Source of the DNA: Chara braunii
Lineage: Eukaryota; Plantae; Charophyceae
Reading direction: 5' to 3'
DNA: 64,000 nt
NCBI GenBank assembly: GCA_003427395.1
Contig: BFEA01000047.1
Span: 493,289 to 557,288 of the forward strand
The notes beneath the pieces were generated by a model, which searched no databases, had not been told where the DNA came from, and saw only the letters and a program-made list of their open reading frames with translations. Below, one piece after another: positions 10,029-22,243 of this stretch (positions are counted from its first letter, which is position 1; each line of letters starts with the position of its first letter). The position numbers and the translations under genes were made by a program.

Positions 10029-11270
10029 CTATCGAGGAGTGAGCTTCGGCTTAGTCAGAAAAGCCTGGACAACAGAGTTGTTCGTGCGCACCGTGAATGG
10101 TGCCCCGTGCAGGTAGTGACGCCAATGTCGAGCGGCATAAACTACTGCGAGAACCTCACGTTCATCAGCAGTGTAGTTTATCTCGGCGGGCAGGAGCTGA
10201 CGGGAGTAGAAGGCTATCGGACAATCACCTGAGCGAGTCTCGACAGTGCCTTCCTCGGCGATGGTAGGAGAATAGTCAATAGGAGGCTCGTCAGTAGCTG
10301 GACGAGTAGGCATCAGTCGGGAAGCAGTGGTAGGGGTAGGTGGTGGGAAGCGAGGGATACGAGGATGAGAGGAATCAGGAGAGGTGGGGAAGACCTGAGA
10401 AAGCACTGCTCCTACAGCAAAGTCTGACGCATTGGTGGTAAGGATAAAAAGGCGATCAAAATCGGGTAGGTGAAGAATCGGTGCGCATGTCACCGCCTTT
10501 TTTAGGGCGCGGAAGGCGTCCTCGTGAAGGGGTGTCCAAGCCCAGGGTGGGTTCTTCCGGAGGAGGGTGGAGGTAAGGACGTAGGAATACCTAGCGTATC
10601 CCGGGATGAAGTTACTATAGTAGCTGGTCAGGCCTAGGAAGCTGCGAAGCTGCTTGGCGGATGTGGGGGCGGGCCACTCCGCAATAGCAGTGATCTTCGC
10701 GTCGTCCATGTGGAGATCCTGGTCAGACACGTAGTGTCCTAAGAAAGTGCTGGGCAAAGCGGCACTTGCTCAGCTTGGCGTAGAAGCCATGTCTGCGCAA
10801 GCGGTCAAGGACATCGCGGAGGTGTCTGAGGTGCTCCTCAAGGGTACGACTGTAGACCAGGATATCGTCGAGGTAGACGAGAACGTACTGCTCCGGGATG
10901 TCCCTTAAGATGTCATTCATCGCCCTCTGAAAGGTAGCGGGAGCATTAGTGAGGCCGAATGGCATCACCGTGAACTCGTAGTGGCCGAATCGCGATCGGA
11001 ACGCAGTCTTTGGCTGGTTGGCTGCAGCGACGCGGATCTGATGATAACCGCTACGAAGATCAATCTTCGTAAAGAAGCGGTTGCCTGCTAGGCGGTCGAA
11101 CAACTCATCGGAACGAGGCATGGGGTAGTTGTTCTTAACCGTGTAGCGGTTGAGACCGCGATAGTCGATGCAGAGACGGAGAGTTCCGTCCGCTTTGCGA
11201 GCAAAAAGGACGGGTGCACCCCACGGGGAGTTGCTGGGTTTAATGAAACCCAGTCTCAGGAGCTCCTCAA
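10029..11270 (-). pseudogene. Gypsy reverse transcriptase and RNase H, frameshifted
   Basis: [37 protein letters not shown]; RNase H motifs FILTTNASDFAVGAVLSQ, PIAFYSRQL, EREVLAVVYA. Confidence 0.95.
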
Positions 11271-11271
11271 G

Positions 11272-12160
11272 CTAACGCTTGAGTTTGGTGGCCTCGGGGA
11301 TCGAGAGTCTATAGGGTGCCTGGTGGTGAATACGATAGTCAGGCACAAGCCTAATGGAGTGCTCGACGTCACACATCGGTGGGATGCCGGCGTACGAGAA
11401 CGACGATGGGAAAACGTCGTGGTACTCTCGGATGAGGTCACGAACTGCGGGCTCCAAGTCAGCTGTATATCGTGCGAGTTCCTCAGCGTCAGCGTCAGCG
11501 AGCGACGGCGTGGTGGACTCGACGGACGGCGGAGGGACGGAAGTAGAGATGGGAGTCATGGAGATAGAGGGAGGATCTGGCTCCAGAGGGATGAGCTCAG
11601 CGTCAGGACAGGGTGGATCATAGTGTAAGAGATCCGTCACGTCCACCATAAAGAAGGTGACGTCGTCCTGTCGAATGAAGTGAGCGAACTGCCGAGGCGA
11701 GGTGACCGTGATAGAGGGAGATGGTGTGGGCACTGAAGGCCTTGGGGGAGGAGGATCGGGGCGTGGTGTCGCCGTGGTACCTATGAAAGGTACGCGATAC
11801 GTCTGTCCACACTTCGTTTTGAGAACGAGAGTGTTGGTCGCCCAATCGGCCTCGGTGTTGCGGAACCGACGAGACCACGGAGTGCCGAGAATGAAGTCGT
11901 ACCCCGTCTCCATCACATCGAAATGTGCAGAGGAGCGGTGGCGACGAGACACCGGGGAGCGATCAGTCGGCTCGAGAGTGAGGAAGAAGGGGAGGTCGGT
12001 GACCGTCTGATCGAAGAAGCGCTGGGTCTTGTCATCCCCTAGGGTAATGGAGATGGGAGTCGGAGACCCTGTCGTGGGTAAGCGTGCTTCCTTCACCATG
12101 CATGGGTGAATGAAGTCGCCCTAAGAACCGGAATCTCACAGCGCTGAGTACACCCTCGTG
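11272..12160 (-). pseudogene. Gypsy aspartic protease and linker
   Basis: VYSAL*DSGS*GDFI active-site remnant near 12130; YDFILGTPW; EYHDVFP...VEHSIRL. Confidence 0.85.
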
Positions 12161-12551
12161 GAGGTCCCGAGTCGTACTGGGATGATCGGGAGGGTGCGAT
12201 CAGGATCAGAGAGGATGGCAAGAAGGCGACGCAGTGCAGCGACATGGAGGGTGAGTCGCTCCTGACGAGCCTGGAGCATGCTCAAGTCCAGAAGAGAGGA
12301 CACAACGTCCTCGCGAGTAGCAAGCTGCTCGCTGCAACGGGCTGAGCGAATGGCTCGACGCGTCGGTAGTCGCGGCGGGGAAGGAGGGGAGACGGTGGTC
12401 TGCCGAGGCGCAGACGGTACTGCGACAGAGGGCTGAGTACACTCTGTCGAGTCCTGTGATACCTCAACTCCAGTAGCGAGAGGGGCAAACCGCGACGGAG
12501 ATGTCGGGAAACCCACTACTGAGGAGGGCGCAGGTGTACACTGCACCGTGG

Positions 12552-14587
12552 CTAGGAGGCGCCGCGGGGACATGAGGCGCCGGGGGGGGACTGAGCACGA
12601 CGCTCGCGAGAAAGGTCAGCGTAGTGGCGGTCGAGGGCGGTAGTGTAAGGGCACCGCGAGGAGGTATGACCGTCCAAGCGGGAGTGCAAACACCCACGCC
12701 GGCCCAGAATAGCCGCGCGGTCCTCAGCGGAAAGGACACCACGAGGAGGGACGAAGCCCTGAGGGAGGTCCTCCTGAGGGACCTCGAGGGGCGACGCGCG
12801 AGCGTGACCGGGGCGGCTGCGTACCCGAGAGAGGGCGGAGAGCGCGAGCTGAAGGCGCTCAGCTGCAGGGAGGGTAGAGTCCTCCAAGTGATAGTGGACG
12901 GCCTCGCAGAGATCGAGGTCGTCGCTGTGGTCGCCCTCAGGTGACAGTGGGGAAACAGCGTCCCACTCACTATACTCCAGCGCGCTGAAGCGGCGCGAGA
13001 AATGGCGGCCCCGATGCGTGGAACGGCGGGGGCGACCGCGGAAAGGGGAACGGCGCTGGGAAGTGCCGTGAGAGGCGGAGGAGGCGTAGCCCGTGCGCTG
13101 GGGCTGGGAGGAGGAGGTGGGGTGAAGATGGGCTCGCATCCGCTGGTGGTCCCTGGCGGCCTCGTAAGCCTGTGGGGCCGATGTGAACTCGTACCGCCAT
13201 AGCTCGGAGCGGTACTCGAGCNNAAGGCTNGNNAAGAAACGATCGATAAGGGCAGCCTCGGGGAGGAACGCCACGTCGCAAACGAGGCGGGCGTCCTGAA
13301 AGACCTGGATGTGGCGATCCAGGCCGGCAGCGCCACCAGAGCCGGACCAGCGTGTAGTGACGACACGCTCGAAGGCGTCAGTCACGACGTATCGGGCTCC
13401 GAAGCAATCCTCGAGGAACGCCTGGAAATCCACGAAGGTCGGAGTCCGACCCTCACGAAGGGAGTAGGCATAGAAATCCTCCCAGGCCTCGAAAGGACCA
13501 CCACGCAGGCGCATTGAGAGCTGACCCACCCACGTCTCGGGTGTGGCGCCCATGAGCTGGAGTGTGCGGGTGGCAGACTGCAGCCACCAAGACACACGTA
13601 TGCCTATACCGTCATACAAGGCAATGTCCGACAAGCGGATGAGTGGGGCGCCACCGTTTTGGCGGCGAGGGGATCGAGGAGCGGAGGCCTGTGCCACGGC
13701 TGAGTAAGTCGGCGCAGGTCCTGGAGAAAGGGGCGCAGCTGACTGTGCGTCCGGGTCGCATGGGGGAGCGGCGGTGGCAACAGCGGCAGGCTGCGAGGGT
13801 GCTTCGGTAGAAGAGGTCGCAGCAACCGCGGGAGTAGGAAGAAGGTAGGAAGGAGTTGTATAGGGTGCAGGACGCGGAAAGCGAGCCTGCATGGGAGGAA
13901 GGGTAGAGGAGGTAGGGGTTGCACCCGAAGGCGCGGCCACCTTGTGAGGGTGGGGGTAGCTGAAGGCGTAAGAGGGCGAGGTCGGCCCGGAGCCACGAGA
14001 CCTCGAAAGTAGGTCGATCTAGGGGTGGCAGGAGGAAGAGTGGAGGGGGTGGACGCACAAGCGGCGCGGGGCATCCCAGAGGGGGGAGAGCCAGGTGGCG
14101 CTGCGGTCGTGCGAAGGGGAGGAAGAAGTGGGGCACCCGGAAAAGCTGAGACCATGGTAGCGGGTTGTTGTACCATGGTCGTAGTGACCGGGATCTGGGC
14201 GGGTGCGCCCGTAGACTGAGGGGGGGGCTGGCTCGTGGTGGCCGTCGTGCTAGGGGCGTGGACAGTCACCAAGATGGCCGGGTCAGGGGCAACGGAGAAG
14301 GAAGTTCCGCCGTGGCCACCCTGTCGGGGGACGGGGAACCCGGACTGGGAGCCAGGAGATGACGGACACACAGCATCCTGGAGTTGCTGCATGCCGGCGG
14401 CAAGGGTCGCCACCTGCGCCTGTAAGGGCGCGAGGGTCGCGAGTTGCGCCTGGATGGGCGCAAGGAGGGAGGTGAGGAGGGTGTGTAGATCCCCCTGGGG
14501 CTGATGGCCCTGGTCCGCCGGCACGGGTGTGAAGCCCGATGCCGTGGTCATCGCTGTGTCGGCGGCGTGTGACGCACCGTCGGCCAT
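12552..14587 (-). pseudogene. Gag-like polyprotein (two overlapping ORFs, 13604-14587 and 12552-13940)
   Basis: Retrotransposon gag-like core (LYDG...WWLQ...LRGGPFEAW...FQAFLEDCFG) and a degenerate zinc knuckle (GCLHSRLDGHTSSRCP), located directly upstream of the protease. Confidence 0.8.
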
Positions 14588-16261
14588 GAGGAGATGACGG
14601 ACCGGACTGGAGGGGGCCAGAAGAGGTCCGCGTGAGCGGAAGGCGTAGGGGGAAGTCCGCGGTAGAAAGCGGCGAACGGCGCTAGCAAGGCTAGCACGGG
14701 CGCCGTCAAAAGGGGAGGGGTGGTTCGGGTTCAGAGTGCCTGAAGAGGACGGGGAAGTAGAGGGGGGTTGAGGAACCCTAAACCCTACAAAAACCCTAAA
14801 AAAACCCTAACCGAGGTTTAAGTGGTTAGGGTAGGGTACCGGTGATCTAATCAAGAAAGTAAAATAGCAAGCATAGGGGGGGGGGGGACGGGAGAAAATA
14901 AATAAACAGCGAGATTTCAAGAGAAAATAAAAATAAATAAGAAAATAAATAAATAATAAAAATAATTAAAGAAATAAGTAAAGAAATGAGAAGGGAAACA
15001 ATATTTATTTTTTTGAAAATTTCGGCAGCATTTCCCTACCCCCCACGGGGTCAAGAATGTGCCAAGGGAAAACGAGAGACCAAGGTGAGCACACTAAGGA
15101 TGCCGCAAATAATAAAAAAAAAAAAAAAGTGTGTGAGGAGGTGGGGAGAAATGGGTTATCTGATTTTTCAAAAATTTTGGCAGCATTTCATTACCCCCAT
15201 GGGGTCGAAGTGTGCCGAAAAGACTGAATAAGAGAAAATCAGAAAATTTTGGCAGCACTTCGTTATCCCCACGGGGTCAAAACGTGTGCCGAGAGCAAGA
15301 AAGGCTAACACCTAATCAGATTTAGGGTTGCCGCCAAGAAATTCGAATTTTCAGAATAAATAGAAAAGCAAATGAAATGAATCAGAAAATCAGAAAAGAG
15401 GGTGGGAAAGAAGAGATTTCGAATTTTTGGAAAAGAGAAAAGATAAATCAAAAGAGAGGTGGAAAGAAGAAAAATAGAAAAATTTTCGAAGTAGGGGGGA
15501 AGGGGAATGAAAAGTGAGGGAGAAAAGAAAGAAATATGTGGGGGGAGAGAAAAAGATGAAGTGGGAGGTAGGGGGGATGGTGTGGTGGTAGTTGGGGGAG
15601 AGGAGGGATGGGGAAAGGTGGACAGGGATCAAGAGGCAAAGAGAAAAGAAGGAGGAAGAAAAGAAAAGAAAAGAAATAAAGAAAGGAGAGTAAAAGACTG
15701 GGTGTTGGGAGAAAGGTGGGGTGGGGAAGGTAAAAGGAGGAGAGAAAAGATGTAGTAGAAGGTGGGGGAAAGAGAAGGGGTGAATAAGAGGAGAGAGGAG
15801 AGGTAGGGAGAGTGGGTTAGTAGAGGGAGAGGGGAGAAGGAAGTGATACTTGGCCCTTGGTGTCTCCAAGGGCACAAGGTACACCAAGACCAGGAGGGTC
15901 TTGGCCTTCACTGCAGCAAGCCAGCTGTAGGGGAAAGGGGGCTGAGATCTTGATCAGCCCCTAGCAGCAACTGTTCTGCAGATGTGCAGATCTAGGGTCT
16001 GCTGTGTGAGCAGGCCCTCACCACTGTAGAGCAGCCCCCTAAGCAGGGGGGTCTTCTGTTCTAGCACCAGCTGCCACATGGCAGGGCAGATGGCCACGTG
16101 CCCAGCCAACAACAGCCAACGGCGGGGGGGGGAAATAACAGCCTGACCGTTATTGATCTGCTGCTCGCTGCTCAGTGCTCGCCGGCCGGGGGGGGGGGGG
16201 GGGGTAAATAGCCAGCACGGCACCTCTTTAACACGAGTGTGCCGTGTTACAACACCATGTA

Positions 16262-16345
16262 TACTCTATAGCGAGTGTGTTAGCAGGGTGCTTACGCACG
16301 CGCATGGCCCAGCAGCCACCTGGGTTCAAACCCCAGCAACAGCAG
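16262..16345 (+). mobile_element. Possible tRNA-derived SINE-like head
   Basis: B-box-like gggttcaaacccc with a weak A-box-like tagcgagtgtgtt upstream; no valid cloverleaf. Confidence 0.3.
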
Positions 16346-16670
16346 TTGCATCCCGGATCTTGATAATATAAATCCGGGAGCGGGGCGGGGCAGGGCAGCG
16401 GGGCAGCGTGGCGCGCACGCGCGTGCGGCGGCCTTGGCCTTGAGCAGCCCAGCAGCCTTCAAAGTACGTCACCACTTTGCCTTTTCAGTTTCCACCAATC
16501 CCTTTTTCGCCACGTGTCACCTGCAGCATGCGCCACTTTTCTCCCTCGTTTTCGCTGCGAAATACCCGAAAAACACCGAAAAAAACCGTTGTCGGGTTTT
16601 GCTGCTCTTCCGCCTGTGCGGGCTGCTGCCCAGCTGTACGGGGTGGTGGGAGGGACCGGGGACCGTTCCC

Positions 16671-16682
16671 GCTCGGATACCA
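16671..16682 (-). promoter_or_regulatory. tRNA-Met-type primer binding site
   Basis: TGGTATCCGAGC on the minus strand, 1 nt from the LTR end (canonical TGGTATCAGAGC). Confidence 0.75.
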
Positions 16683-16683
16683 A

Positions 16684-16995
16684 TGTAGCGGACCCACTAG
16701 GTATGATGCTCCGCTAGTGGTAGAGATGGAGATGGAGGAAGAAGGGGGAGCAAGATGACGCACAGCGCAGCTCCCACGCAGGACTCCAACGCACGTACTC
16801 CAGAAATGTGCAAGTGAAGAATGAGACTGAAAACAGACAATGGCTGGGTTATACCCCAGCGGACTGACAGGACTGGACTGGACTGACGGGTACCGATAGA
16901 GGTACCGGCCTGGACTGGCCTACCCCTAATACAACACAGGCCTGTGAGAACAGGCCAAGGGGTTGGTCTCACAGGCCAACCCGAGGTCCGCCACA
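16684..16995 (-). mobile_element. 312-bp LTR (5' LTR of a truncated element)
   Basis: Termini TGTAGCGGAC...GTCCGCCACA are inverted repeats; adjacent PBS. Confidence 0.8.
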
Positions 16996-17159
16996 GTTTC
17001 TATTCTTCTTCTTTTTCTCTTTCTTCTTCTCCTCATTGGTCTTCATTATTCATTATCTTCTTTCACTCTCTCTCCTCCTCTTTTTCTCTCTTCATGACTG
17101 ACATACTAAGCATGAGAAGATAGGGAAGTAGCTTCTCCGCGAGAGATTGTTTCCACGTA

Positions 17160-18958
17160 GTCCATTTTCCCATTCCAAAGTAAATTGTCACTTTGCCTTT
17201 TCAGTTTCCATGCATAGAGTGAGTTTCACTCACTCTCCCTTCACTTTTTGATTTATTTTTCACTTGGGTGTAAATCGCAACTCTATCTTTTGCTTTGTTT
17301 TTTTTTATGTTGATGTCATCATTTCTCTATAATTAACCCATTTCCCCACTCCAAAGTAAATTGCATTTGATCTCCTTTTCACTTCGGGGTAAATCGCAAC
17401 TTTGTCTTTTGCTGTTTTTTATGTTGATGTTATCATTTGTTTATGATTAATCAATTTTCCCACTCCAAAGTAAATCGTCACTTTGCTTTTTCAGTTTTCA
17501 TGCATGAGAGTGGGTGAAACTCACTCCTCCTTCACTTTTGATCTCCTTTCCACTTGGGTGTAAATCATAACTTTGTCTTTTGCTGTTCTTAATGTTGATA
17601 TAATCATTTGTCCATGATTAATCCATTTCCCCACTCCAAAATACATCACTACTTTGCCTTTTCAGTTTCCACCAATCCCTTCACTTTTGATCTTCGTTCC
17701 ACTTAGGTGTAAATCGCAACTTTTTCTTTGACTGTTTTTTTATGTTGATGTCATTATTTGTCCATGATTAATCCATTTGCCCACTCCAAAGTAAAACGTC
17801 ACTTTGCCTTTTCAGTTTTCAAACATGAACTCATTCTCCCTTTACTTTTTTAATCTTCTTTCCACTTGGGTGTAAATTGCAACTCTATCTTTTGTTGTTT
17901 GCTATGTTGATGCCATCATTTGTCCATGATTAGTCAATTTCCTCACTCCAAAGTAAATCGTCACTTTGTTTTTTCAGTTTCCATGCATGAGAGTGAGTTT
18001 CACTCACTTCCCCTTCACTTTTTGATCTCTTTTCCACTTGGGTGTAAATCGTAACTCTATCTTTTGCTGTTTTTTATGTTGATGTCATCATTTGTCCATG
18101 GTTGGTTCATTTCTCCACTCCAAAGTAAATCGTCACTTTTGTCTTTTCAGTTTTCATACATGATTCACTTTCGATCTCTTTTCCACTTGGGTGTAAATCG
18201 CTGCTTCGTCTTTTGTTGTTTTTGATGTTCATGTCATCATTTGTCCATGACTAGTCCATTTCCCCACTCCAAAGTAAATCGTCATTTTGCCTTTTCAATT
18301 CTCATGCATCCCTTTACTTTTGATCTCCGTTCCATTTGGGTGTAAATCGCAACTTTGTCTTTGGTTGTTTTTTATGTTGATGTCATCATTTGTCCATGAT
18401 TAGTCAATTTCTCAACTCCAAAGTAAAACGTCACTTTGATTTTTCAGTTTTCAGGCTTGAACTCACCCTCCCTTTACTTTTTTTAATCTCCTTTCCACTT
18501 GGGTGTAAATCGCAACTCTATCTTTTGTTGTTTTTTATGTTGATGTCATCATTTGTCCATGATTAATTTATTTCCCCGCTCCAAAGTAAATCGCCACTTT
18601 GTTTTTTCAGTTTCTATGTATCAGAGTGAGTTTCACTCCCCCTTCACTTTTTGATCTCCTTTCCACTTGGATGTAAATTGCAACTTTGTCATTTGCTATT
18701 TTTAATGTTGATGTCATCATTTATCCATGATTAGTCATTTTTCCCACTCCTAAGTAAATCACCACTTTGTCTTTTCAGTTTTTAGACTCTCCCTTCACTT
18801 TTTAATGATCTTTCTAGTTTGCTGTTTTTTTATGTTGATGTCATCACTTGACCATGATTAGTCAATTTTTCCACTCCAAAGTAAATCGTCACTTTGTCTT
18901 TTCAGTTTTCAGACATACCTGAAAACTGAAAAGACAAAGTGGCGATTTACTTTGGAGT
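17160..18958. repeat. AT-rich tandem repeat, ~12 units of ~115-175 bp, ending in a fold-back
   Basis: Recurrent ccactccaaagtaaatcgtcactttg...cacttgggtgtaaatcgcaact...atgttgatgtcatcatttgtccatgatta. Confidence 0.95.
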
Positions 18959-20294
18959 TCGTTTTCTGTAAAAACGAAAAATGAACTTCCCCGAACTGTT
19001 CACCTAGAGCCTTGGGCGGTGCCCAAAACAGGCAAGTAGCGGCAAACGGCGATGAAATATGGTCAAAGAGAACAATTGAAATGAAAATCCATAAACAATT
19101 GATCGTCATACAGACAGAAACAAAACAATCACGTGAAAAGTTGCATTATGTGAAACTTCATGAGTTATCTAGCCTTCAATTGAAGGTAACTTTGTTTTAT
19201 GAAACCCGTTTGGAAAAGTGTGTATCAATTGTTGTACATTGCAATTCTCTAAAATCAAAGGCTCGAAGAGCGAGTCTTGTGAGATTTTTCGGTTCGCTTT
19301 ATGATAGACAAACAGGGCCATGCATTTTAAAAATAACAATTTGTGTAGAGTCTTCTTTCAAAAACAAGTATACTAATCTATACTAAAAAACTTGAGTTGG
19401 AGAGTTGTGTGATGGGCGACCATCTCGCACGGTTCGGAGAGCACTTGTTACGACTGTCTAGGTTCGACTCTTTCTTCGAGCCTAGCGGTGAAACTCTTGA
19501 CCCTATTCGTGTTTTAATGAAATTATGTATCCGTAAAAAATAAATTTGGAAGTTGGAACTAGAGCTCAATTATTCAAGATCGTGGGAAGGGATCTAGGTC
19601 AACGTTTAAGTGCGAAACCAGACAAAATTTCGCTTGGAATCACTAACCAAACTGTAGAAGATTGAAAAAAATCAGTGAGTGGAAATGACACTCCAAGGCA
19701 ACCGTCAGGTTGAAATTCTATGTAGTAACCCCAAAGACTTGCATAGAAGAATTTGAAGCACTTACTTGAGGAATTGGTCCCCCCTTGAACAACTCTTCGA
19801 GCTTTGTGAAGAACAACGAAATCGCCGGCGGATCTTACTAGGATAACTCGGCCTTCGGCCGCCTGTTGCTGAGCTCACTCGTTCAAAGCATTCTCCATTC
19901 TGTGCAAAGCAATGTTGGCCAGTAAAGGCGATATAACTTGAGGCTCGCCAGGGTTATATATAGTTATAGGTGGCCGAAGGTCGAAACCAGTCATAATGTT
20001 TGGGAGGTTTTCGGTAGGGTATAGACAGAGTGTCTATGCAATTACGTGGACATCAGACACCGTTTGGGCCATCAAATGCAAATTTGTGTTTTTCGGCTCT
20101 CCCTCTCATAGCAAAATCGACAAAAGCTGAAAAATCGCAACTACGTCTTTTTTGCAGTCTGAGTTTTTCTTGCAAGTTTGGGTTTTATGCAAAGTCTGAA
20201 TGTCTGCTGCGAGTCTGTCCTTGCAAATCTGAGTTTTTTTTTCTGGTTCGAGCGTCAAGGACACGCAAGTAGGTAGGAGCTAGAGGCGTAGAGC

Positions 20295-22030
20295 CCTCCA
20301 TAGCCAAACACCTTCTTCCATCTCCTTCACGCATCCACCATAGCCAAACACCTTCACTCCTTCCACCATCACCTTCGTCACCCATCCACCATAGCCAAAC
20401 TCCTTCCAACTCCATTTTCTTCACCCATCCGCCATACGCAAAGGCCTTCACTCCTTCTTCCACTTCCGTCACCTTCACCCATCCACCATAGTCAAACACC
20501 TTCACTCCTTCCACCTCCATCTTCTTCACCCATCCACCATAGCCAAGCACCTTCGTCCACCTCCATCTCCTTCACCCATCCACCATAGCCAAGTACCTTC
20601 ACTCCTTCCACCTCCATCTTTTTCACCCATCCACTATAGCCAAGCACCTTCTTCTTCCACCTTAATCTCTTTCACCCATCCTCCATAGCCAAACACCTTC
20701 ACCCCGTCCACCTCCATCTTCTTCACCCATCCACCATAGCCAAACACCTTCTTCCACATCCATCTCCTTCACCCATCCCCAATAGCCAAATACCTTCAAT
20801 CCTTCTTACACCTCCTTCTTCTTCACCCATCCACCACAGCCCAGCACCTTCTTCCACCTCCATCTTCTCTACTCATCCACCATAGCCAAACACCTTCTTC
20901 CACCTCCATCTCCTCGACCCATCCACCATAGCCGAGCACCTTCTTCCACCTCCATCTCCTTCACCCATCCACCATAATCACACACCTTCACCCCTTCCTC
21001 CACCTCCATCTTCTTCACCCATCCACCATAGCCAAACACCGTCACCCCTGCTTCCACCTCCATCTTCTTCACCCGTTCACATAGCCAAGCACCTTCTTCC
21101 ACCTCTATCTTATTCACCCATCCATCATAGCCAAAGACCTTCACTTCTTCTTCCACTTCCATCTCCTTCACCCATCCACCATAGTCAAACGCCTTCACTC
21201 CTTCCAACTTCATCTTCTTCACTCGTCCACCATAGCCGAGCACGTTCCTCCACCTCCATCTCCTTCACCAATCCACCATAGCCAAATACCTTCACTCCTT
21301 TTTCCACCTCCATCTTTTTCACCCATCCACCATAGCCAAGCACCTTCTTCCACGTCCATCTCCTTCACCCATCCTCCATAGCCAAACACCTTCACTCCTT
21401 CTTCCACCTCCATCTTCTTCACCCATCCACCATAGCCAAGCACCTTCTTCCACCTCCATCTCCTTCACTCATCCCCCATAGCCAAATACCTTCACTCCTT
21501 CTTACACCTCCATCTTCTTCATCCATCCACCATAGCCAAGCACCTTCTTCCACCTTCATCTTCTTCACTTATCTACCATAACCAAGCACCTTCTTCCACC
21601 TCCATCTCCTCCACCCATCCACCATAGTTGAGCACCTTCTTCCACCTCCATCTCCATCACCCATCCCACATAACCAAGCACCTTCACCCCTTCCTCCACT
21701 TCCATCTTTTTCACCCATTCACCATAGCAAAACACCTTCTTCCACCTCCATCTCCTTCACCCATCCACCATAGTCAAACAGCTTCGCTCCTTCTTCCACC
21801 TCCATCTTCTTCACCCATCCATCATAGCCAAACACCTTCTTCCACCTCCATCTTCTTCACACGTCCGCCATAGCTAAAGGCTTTCACTTCTTCTTTCACT
21901 TCCATCTCTTTCACCCATCCACCATAGCTAAACACTTTCATTCCTTCTTCCACCTCCATTATCTTCACGCATCCACCATAGCCGAGCACCTTCCTCCACC
22001 TCCATAGCGAAGCACCTTCGCTCCTTCTTC
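20295..22030. repeat. Minisatellite with alternating ~46 and ~54 bp units (cacccatccaccatagccaa...)
   Basis: Dozens of copies. The mixed unit lengths break reading frames, so the GYGGWVKKMEVEEG ORFs are repeat artefacts. Confidence 0.95.
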
Positions 22031-22088
22031 CTCCCCATTCATCACCAACCAATGTGGCGGTCCAAGACACAGGACGACAAGTCGGGGA

Positions 22089-22150
<62 letters not shown>

Positions 22151-22243
22151 TCCTCCTTCTTAGCTCCGAAGACTATCTCTCCCTCCGCTTCCAAATTCCA
22201 AGGTCAACCCTCACCCTCTCTCCCTCTTTTTTTCTTCTTGGCA

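Larger units (their letters stand above)
7080..16251 (-). mobile_element. Decayed Ty3/Gypsy chromovirus LTR retrotransposon (gag-PR-RT-RH-INT-chromodomain); 3' LTR not found
   Basis: Domain order on the minus strand as listed in the following features. Putative 5' terminus TGTAACAC at 16251. Multiple stops and frameshifts. Left boundary approximate. Confidence 0.9.

Noticed and set aside
16684-16995. 5' LTR of the 7-16 kb chromovirus
   Set aside because: It is separated from that element by a satellite unit, a SINE-like piece and another LTR-like terminus, and no matching 3' LTR exists in the window.
20185-22070. Repetitive protein gene (GYGGWVKKMEVEEG or extensin-like)
   Set aside because: 46-bp units shift the frame repeatedly; this is a minisatellite.
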